Positions 57,604-63,386 of a stretch of 63,386 nucleotides of DNA are shown in pieces. The stretch's first letter is position 1, and each line of letters opens with the position of its first letter. The DNA lies in contig JAZNZI010000133.1 of assembly GCA_045594865.1 (NCBI GenBank), positions 1-63,386 of the forward strand, read 5' to 3'. The position numbers and the translations under genes were made by a program. Below the pieces are notes generated by a model. It saw nothing but the letters and a program-made list of their open reading frames with translations. It had not been told where the DNA came from and searched no databases. The stretch is from Eubacteriales bacterium. GTDB lineage: Bacteria; Bacillota; Clostridia; Oscillospirales; CAG-272.

Positions 57604-60225
57604 ATGAAATGGACATCACTTAATGATTTAAGAGAAAAATATCTCGCTTTCTTCGAGAGCAAGGGACACGTAAGACTGCCCTCGTTCTCGCTTGTACCCA
57701 ATAATGACAAATCCCTGCTTCTTATCAACTCGGGTATGGCGCCTATGAAGAAGTTTTTCACAGGCGAGGAGCAGCCCCCCAAGAACAGAGTTTGTACCTG
57801 TCAGAAGTGCATCCGTACTCCCGACCTTGAGAGAGTAGGACACACCGCACGTCACGGCACGTACTTTGAGATGCTTGGTAACTTCTCCTTTGGAGATTAC
57901 TTTAAGGAGGAGGCTATTCCGTGGGCGTGGGAGTTCCTTACCGAAACTCTTGAGATCCCTGCTGATCTTCTCTGGCCCTCTGTATACGAGCAGGACGATG
58001 AGGCGTACGCTATCTGGCGCGACAAGATCGGCGTGCCCGAGGAGCATATCGTAAAGCTCGGCAAGGCTGACAACTTCTGGGAGCACGGCTCAGGTCCCTG
58101 CGGCCCCTGCGCTGAGATATACTTTGACCGCGGTATCAAGTTTGGCTGCGGTAGCCCCGACTGTAAGCCCGGCTGTGACTGTGACAGATTTATGGAGATC
58201 TGGAACAACGTATTCTCTCAGTTCAATAACGACGGCAAGGGCAATTATACCGAGCTTGCGCAGAAGAATATTGATACCGGTATGGGACTTGAGCGTCTCG
58301 CTTGCGTAATGCAGGGCGTTGGCAATCTCTTTGAGGTCGATACCGTGCGCGCGCTTCTTGACAGAGTTTGTGAGATCTCGGGCAAGACCTACGGTGCAGA
58401 GTGGTCTGACGACGTTTCTATCCGCGTTATCACCGACCACGTTCGCTCGGCCACCTTTATGATCTCCGACGGCGTTATTCCTTCCAACGAGGGACGCGGC
58501 TACGTTCTCCGTAGAATCATCCGCCGCGCTTGCCGCCACGGTAAGCTTCTCGGCATCAACGGTATGTTCCTTCGCGGACTTTGCGAGATTGTTATCGCAC
58601 AGAACGAGGGCGCATATCCCGAGCTTAAAACAAAGTACGACTACATTCTCAAGGTTATGACTCTTGAGGAGGAGCGCTTCAATGCTACCATTGACGCAGG
58701 TCTTGGCATTCTTAACGGCCTTGTTGCAGATGCAAAGGCAAAGGGCGAGACTACTCTCTCGGGCGCAGATACCTTCAAGCTTTACGATACCTTCGGCTTC
58801 CCCGTAGACCTCACCCGTGAGATCGCAGAGGAGGCGGGCCTTTCTATTGACGAGGATGCCTTTAAGGCTCTTATGGAGGAGCAGAAGCAGAGAGCAAGAG
58901 CGGCAAGAGGTAATATCTCGGGCTGGTCCGAAAGCTCAAAGTCCCTTCTTGAGAATCTTCCTCAGACCGAGTTCCTCGGCTACACCGAGGTGACAAGCGA
59001 GGGCAAGGTGCTTTCCATCTTTGTGGATAACGAGTCTGTGGACTCTGTTTCCGAGGGCGAATGCACTATCGTGACCGACAAGACCGTATTTTACGGCGAG
59101 GGCGGCGGTCAGGTTGGTGACAGCGGTGTTATCACTCTCGGTGATACCACTCTTACCGTCCTTGATACAAAAAAGACAAACGGCATCTACCTCCACGAGT
59201 GTCAGGTAGAAAACGGCTCTGTCAAGGTGGGTGATGTTGTCACACTCAGCATTGACACCATGCGCCGTGACGCTATAAAGAGAAATCACTCCTCCGCACA
59301 TCTTCTTCAGGCGGCTCTTCGCTCGGTACTCGGTACTCACGTTGAGCAGGCAGGCTCTTACGTTGATGAGCACAGAGTTCGCTTTGACTTCACTCACCTT
59401 GCGGCTATGACCGCAGAGGAGATTGCAGAGGTTGAGGCTCTTGTAAATACCGCCATTCTCAAGTCCGAGGGCTGTGAGACTATCGTCACCACACCCGATG
59501 AGGCGAAGAAGATGGGCGCTATGGCTCTCTTCGGTGAGAAGTACGGCTCTGAGGTAAGAGTTGTTAAGATCGGCTCTACTTCCACCGAGCTTTGCGGCGG
59601 TACTCACGTTTCAAGCACAGGCAATATCGGTCTGTTTAAGGTTATTTCCGAAAGCTCTGTTGCTGCCGGTGTAAGAAGAATTGAGGGCACAACAGGCCTT
59701 GGTGTGCTTACTCTTCTCAGCGAGCGCGACGCGCTTATCCGCGATACCGCAAAGGAGCTTAAGTCTCCCAACGTAAACGGTATTGCAAAGAAGGCGGAGT
59801 CTCTTCAGAATGAGATCAAGGAGCTTCGTCGCGAGCTTGAGAGCGCAAACTCCCAGATCGCAAATGCAAAGGCAGAGGCTCTCCTTGCAGGCATCAAGAC
59901 TGTGGGTAAGTTCAGACTTCTTGCTGCAAAGGTTGAGATGCGTCTCGATCAGGCACGCGGTCTTTGCGACACCGTTAAGGATAAGTATTCGGATGCTGTC
60001 GCAGTATTCGCGGCAGTTTCGGACGGCAAGCTTAACTTCGCCGTTGCGGCAGGCGTTGACGCTGTTAAGGCTGGCGCGCACGCGGGTAATATTCTCCGCG
60101 AGGTTGCTGCTATCTGCGGTGGTAAGGGCGGCGGACGTCCCGACAGCGCAATGGGCGGTGGCAAGGACGTGGACAAGATCCCCGATGCACTTGCAAAGGC
60201 AGAGGAAATTCTTGCTAATATCTAA
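57604..60225 (+). CDS. alaS: Alanine--tRNA ligase
   Basis: 873 aa with class II motifs (RHGTYFEMLGNFSFGDYFK), the editing-domain HxxxH/CxxxH region and C-terminal DHHA1 GGKGGGRPD. Confidence 0.96.
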   Translation: MKWTSLNDLREKYLAFFESKGHVRLPSFSLVPNNDKSLLLINSGMAPMKKFFTGEEQPPKNRVCTCQKCIRTPDLERVGHTARHGTYFEMLGNFSFGDYFKEEAIPWAWEFLTETLEIPADLLWPSVYEQDDEAYAIWRDKIGVPEEHIVKLGKADNFWEHGSGPCGPCAEIYFDRGIKFGCGSPDCKPGCDCDRFMEIWNNVFSQFNNDGKGNYTELAQKNIDTGMGLERLACVMQGVGNLFEVDTVRALLDRVCEISGKTYGAEWSDDVSIRVITDHVRSATFMISDGVIPSNEGRGYVLRRIIRRACRHGKLLGINGMFLRGLCEIVIAQNEGAYPELKTKYDYILKVMTLEEERFNATIDAGLGILNGLVADAKAKGETTLSGADTFKLYDTFGFPVDLTREIAEEAGLSIDEDAFKALMEEQKQRARAARGNISGWSESSKSLLENLPQTEFLGYTEVTSEGKVLSIFVDNESVDSVSEGECTIVTDKTVFYGEGGGQVGDSGVITLGDTTLTVLDTKKTNGIYLHECQVENGSVKVGDVVTLSIDTMRRDAIKRNHSSAHLLQAALRSVLGTHVEQAGSYVDEHRVRFDFTHLAAMTAEEIAEVEALVNTAILKSEGCETIVTTPDEAKKMGAMALFGEKYGSEVRVVKIGSTSTELCGGTHVSSTGNIGLFKVISESSVAAGVRRIEGTTGLGVLTLLSERDALIRDTAKELKSPNVNGIAKKAESLQNEIKELRRELESANSQIANAKAEALLAGIKTVGKFRLLAAKVEMRLDQARGLCDTVKDKYSDAVAVFAAVSDGKLNFAVAAGVDAVKAGAHAGNILREVAAICGGKGGGRPDSAMGGGKDVDKIPDALAKAEEILANI

Positions 60226-60249
60226 TAAATGTAAATAAACATTGTCATT

Positions 60250-60290
60250 TTAGCTGAAATTTTGGTAAAAACCGAGTTTCAGCTAATTTG
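60250..60290 (+). terminator. Weak terminator-like hairpin after alaS
   Basis: ttagctgaaa - 17-nt loop - tttcagctaa followed by tttg. The large loop and short T-run keep confidence low. Confidence 0.4.
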
Positions 60291-60304
60291 ATAAAGGAGA
60301 AAAT

Positions 60305-61507
60305 ATGACTGTATACGAGAGATTTTTAAAATACGTTTCTTACCCGACCACATCGGACGAGAACAATCCCGCGTGTCCCTCTACCGAGAGTCAGCGAGTG
60401 CTGGCAGAGGAGCTTGTAAGAGAGCTTCTTGAGATTGGTGTGAGCGATGCCAGGGTTGATGTAAACGGCTATGTTTACGGCTCTATTCCCGCAAACTGCG
60501 AGGGTATGCCTGCCATAGGCTTTATCGCCCATATGGACACCGCATCGGACGCTCCCGGCGAGAACATTAAGGCTAAGATGATAAACTATGAGGGTGGCGA
60601 TATTCTGCTTAATGAGGCGGAGGGTATCGTTCTTTCGCTCGCCGACTACCCCTATGTTGCTGATCTTAAGGGACAGAGGCTTATGGTCACCGACGGCACG
60701 ACCCTTCTCGGTGCAGACGACAAGGCCGGTGTTGCTGAGATTATGGCGGCTGCCGAGAAACTTGTTAATGCCGACTTTCCCCACGGTAAGATCTGCATCG
60801 GCTTCACTCCCGACGAGGAGATAGGCAGAGGAGCCGATCTCTTTGACGTAGAGGGCTTTGGCGCAGATTATGCCTATACACTTGACGGTGGCGGACTCGG
60901 TGAGATAGAATATGAGAACTTCAATGCCGCGTCCGCGACGGTTAAGGTGCACGGCAGAGCTATCCACCCAGGCAGCGCAAAGGGCAAGATGATCAATGCC
61001 GCGCGCGTTTGCTGTGAATTTGATTCTATGCTTTCCACCGACCAGATACCTGAGATGACCGAGGGCTACGAGGGCTTCCACCACCTTATCGCCATTGAGG
61101 GCGAGACCGAAGAGGCTGTATCAAGATACATTATCCGCGATCACTCGAAGGAAAGGTTTGCCGCTATAAAGGCGGAGTTCGAGACCGTGACTGCAAAGCT
61201 CAATGAAAAGTACGGCGAGGGCAGAGTAGAGCTTACTCTCCGTGATTCTTATTATAATATGAAGGAAGTTTTGGAAAACAAGATGTTCGTTGTGGATCGC
61301 GCGACCGCGGCTATGGAGCGTCTTGGTATGACTGTCCACGCAGTTCCCATTCGCGGTGGCACAGACGGAGCAAGGCTTTCCTTTATGGGACTTCCTTGTC
61401 CTAATCTTCCCACGGGCGGCGGCAATTATCATTCTCGCTTTGAGTACGTTTCCGTCGACGCTATGGAAAAGTGCGTAGATATGATCGTTGAGATCGTAAA
61501 GGGCTAA
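60305..61507 (+). CDS. pepT: Peptidase T (tripeptide aminopeptidase, M20B)
   Basis: 400 aa with N-terminus MTVYERFLKYVSYPTTSDE and metal ligands in FIAHMDT and GADDKAG. Confidence 0.93.
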   Translation: MTVYERFLKYVSYPTTSDENNPACPSTESQRVLAEELVRELLEIGVSDARVDVNGYVYGSIPANCEGMPAIGFIAHMDTASDAPGENIKAKMINYEGGDILLNEAEGIVLSLADYPYVADLKGQRLMVTDGTTLLGADDKAGVAEIMAAAEKLVNADFPHGKICIGFTPDEEIGRGADLFDVEGFGADYAYTLDGGGLGEIEYENFNAASATVKVHGRAIHPGSAKGKMINAARVCCEFDSMLSTDQIPEMTEGYEGFHHLIAIEGETEEAVSRYIIRDHSKERFAAIKAEFETVTAKLNEKYGEGRVELTLRDSYYNMKEVLENKMFVVDRATAAMERLGMTVHAVPIRGGTDGARLSFMGLPCPNLPTGGGNYHSRFEYVSVDAMEKCVDMIVEIVKG

Positions 61508-61553
61508 AACAGAAAAACCATCTTTTCTTATCATACTGAATAAGCAAAAGGGT

Positions 61554-61582
61554 AAAAAAGCAGGCAAAACGCCTGCTTTTTT
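61554..61582 (+). terminator. Terminator after pepT
   Basis: aaaaaagcaggc-aaaac-gcctgctttttt. Confidence 0.8.
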
Positions 61583-61781
61583 ATATATAAACTCCATACC
61601 CATAATTCCAATATTAATTATGTATAAGATGTCTGAAAACTAACGCTTCGTGCAAAAAAAACATATTTTTGTGCGAAATAATATAAAAATTATCAAAAAT
61701 ATGTTATTATTATTTTAGATAATTATACATTTTTTACAGTTTGTGAAATTTCGACAAATTTTTGAAAGGGTTTTTGATAAA

Positions 61782-63386
61782 ATGGATATCAATTCGATCG
61801 TCTCGGGACTTACGCTTGAACAAAAAGCGGCTCTACTTCAGGGCTGGAGCACCTGGACCACCCTTGATCTTAGCGAAAAGGGTATTACTCCTATGTTTAT
61901 GTCCGACGGTCCCGTTGGACTTCGTAAGCAGGCAGGGGCAGGCGACCATCTTGGTCTTAATGCGTCCGTACCTGCGACCTGCTTCCCAACTGCCGCTACA
62001 ATGGCTAACACCTGGAGCGTAGAGCTTGGCGAGGAGCTTGGTCGCGCTCTTGGCGCAGAGGCTGCTGCAAATGACGTTCACGTGGTTCTTGGCCCGGGTC
62101 TTAATATTAAAAGAAGCCCCCTTTGCGGTAGAAACTTTGAGTATTTCTCCGAGGACCCCTACCTTTCGGGTAAAATGGCAGCCGCCTACGTAAAGGGTAT
62201 TCAGGCAAACGGCGTTGCCGCTTGTCCCAAGCATTTCGCGGTAAACTCTCAGGAGCTTCGCCGTATGTCTATGGACTCTGTTGTTGACGAGAGAACTATG
62301 CGTGAGATCTACCTCACCGGCTTTGAGATGGCGGTAAAAGAGGGTAAGGCAAAGGCTATTATGTCCTCTTACAATATGGTAAACGGCACTTATGCTAATG
62401 AAAACACCCACCTGCTCACAGATATTCTCCGCGGTGAGTGGGGCTTTGACGGCTACGTCGTCACCGACTGGGGCGGAGATAATAATCACACCGAAGGTGT
62501 TAAAGCAGGAAATAACCTTGTTATGCCCGCACCGGGTCCCGACTGTGCAATCGGTCTTCTTGAGGATCTTCGTGCAGGCAAAATTGACGAGAATACTATA
62601 GATAAAAGAGTAGAGGAGCTTCTTCGCGTTGTATTTGACACTCGTGATGCGGTTGCAAAGCAGCCTAAGAGCTTCGACGTTGAGGCTCATCACGCAGTAG
62701 CAAGAAGATGTGCAGAGGGTAGCATTGTTCTCCTTGATAACGACGGTATTCTTCCTCTTGATGAGGGCGCGAGCGTTGCCGTAATCGGTGACTTTGCAAA
62801 GACTCCCAGATACCAGGGCGCAGGCTCAAGCCAGGTTAATGCCACAAAGATAGATAATCTTTACGACTCTCTTGAAAAGTATCTTAATATTACAGGATAC
62901 GCACAGGGCTTTGACAGAAAGAATCCCAATCCCGTGGATAAGCTTATTGCTGAAGCGGTAGAGGTTGCAAGAAAGGCAGAAACCGTTCTTCTCTGCGTAG
63001 GTCTTGACGAGATCCTTGAATCCGAGGGTATGGACAGACTTCATATGGAGCTGTCAAAGAGCCAGCAGAAGCTTATTAACGAGGTTTGTGCCGTAAACAA
63101 AAACGTAATTCTCGTTCTTTCGGGTGGCGCACCCTTCGTTATGCCCGACAGATCGCTTTACAGAGCAGCAATTCACGGCTATCTCGGTGGTCAGGCAGGC
63201 GCAGGCGCTATGGCTGATGCCCTTGTGGGTAAGGTAAATCCCTCGGGTAAGCTTAACGAAAGCTGGCCTCACAGGCTCGAGGATAACCCATCTTATCCCT
63301 ACTTCCCATCGAAAGAAAGAACTGCAGAATACCGTGAGGGTCTTTTCGTTGGCTACCGTTATTATGATACTGCAGGTAAGAGTGTT
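61782..63386 (+). CDS. Glycoside hydrolase family 3 beta-glucosidase, 3'-truncated by the window end
   Basis: My own translation from ATG 61782 stays open to the window end (535 codons). It reads MDINSIVSGLTLEQKAALLQG...SDGPVGLRKQ...KHFAVNSQE...GYVVTDWGG...GKLNESWP...YREGLFVGYRYYD. The frame is missing from the ORF track because it has no stop. Confidence 0.88.
   Translation, partial: MDINSIVSGLTLEQKAALLQGWSTWTTLDLSEKGITPMFMSDGPVGLRKQAGAGDHLGLNASVPATCFPTAATMANTWSVELGEELGRALGAEAAANDVHVVLGPGLNIKRSPLCGRNFEYFSEDPYLSGKMAAAYVKGIQANGVAACPKHFAVNSQELRRMSMDSVVDERTMREIYLTGFEMAVKEGKAKAIMSSYNMVNGTYANENTHLLTDILRGEWGFDGYVVTDWGGDNNHTEGVKAGNNLVMPAPGPDCAIGLLEDLRAGKIDENTIDKRVEELLRVVFDTRDAVAKQPKSFDVEAHHAVARRCAEGSIVLLDNDGILPLDEGASVAVIGDFAKTPRYQGAGSSQVNATKIDNLYDSLEKYLNITGYAQGFDRKNPNPVDKLIAEAVEVARKAETVLLCVGLDEILESEGMDRLHMELSKSQQKLINEVCAVNKNVILVLSGGAPFVMPDRSLYRAAIHGYLGGQAGAGAMADALVGKVNPSGKLNESWPHRLEDNPSYPYFPSKERTAEYREGLFVGYRYYDTAGKSV

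Noticed and set aside
61762-62022. 86-aa + strand ORF at the start of the last gene
   Set aside because: It is out of frame with the GH3 reading frame, which starts at ATG 61782 and stays open to the window end with strong GH3 motifs.
1-63386. CRISPR arrays, tRNA/rRNA genes, prophage, integrases, restriction-modification, toxin-antitoxin or other defence modules
   Set aside because: I scanned all intergenic regions longer than 60 nt and the ORF list. There are no spaced direct repeats, no cloverleaf-like sequences and no diagnostic protein motifs. The only mobile DNA is the IS remnant.

Overview
This 63.4-kb chromosomal segment looks like a low/mid-GC Firmicute, probably a Clostridia or Ruminococcus-like anaerobe. 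That assignment is an inference from gene content, AGGAGG-type RBSs, a lipobox and textbook TTGACA-17-TATAAT promoters. The window is almost entirely core metabolism. (1) A 12-gene, about 15.6-kb minus-strand purine super-operon runs purE-purC-purF-purM-purN-purO-like-purH(AICARFT)-purD-purL-fhs-guaA(ATP-PPase only)-guaB. It sits behind a consensus promoter and a leader containing a terminator, which may be a ZTP-type riboswitch. (2) An internally deleted IS remnant follows, then a housekeeping block: TVP38-family protein, MBL hydrolase, Toprim/DUF4093-like protein, nth, maf and trpS. (3) Two paralogous extracytoplasmic trigger-factor-like proteins flank rnhA. (4) Next come a Sel1-repeat protein, nrdD, cysK, a DegV protein, a MATE pseudogene and a fused ABC ATPase-FtsX permease. 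(5) A pyrimidine operon runs pyrC-carB-pyrK-pyrD-pyrF-pyrE-pyrB, with no carA and with a PyrI-type zinc domain fused to PyrB. (6) A glucuronide-utilisation locus carries a TetR regulator, a GPH symporter, a GH2 beta-glucuronidase candidate, uxuA and uxuB. (7) The window ends with a THUMP methyltransferase, a second GH2, alaS, pepT and a 3'-truncated GH3 gene. I found no CRISPR array, tRNA, rRNA, prophage or recognisable defence or toxin system, and no convincing new multi-gene system. The strongest signals are enzyme-architecture oddities. PurF has Gly where the catalytic N-terminal Cys should be. GuaA lacks its glutaminase domain. CarB has no adjacent CarA. Together these suggest ammonia-dependent nucleotide synthesis. 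Other signals are the PyrB-PyrI(Zn) fusion, the candidate riboswitch, an unannotated 57-aa membrane protein, and two decaying elements (the IS remnant and the MATE gene). All functional calls rest on motif recognition by eye. No database search was run.
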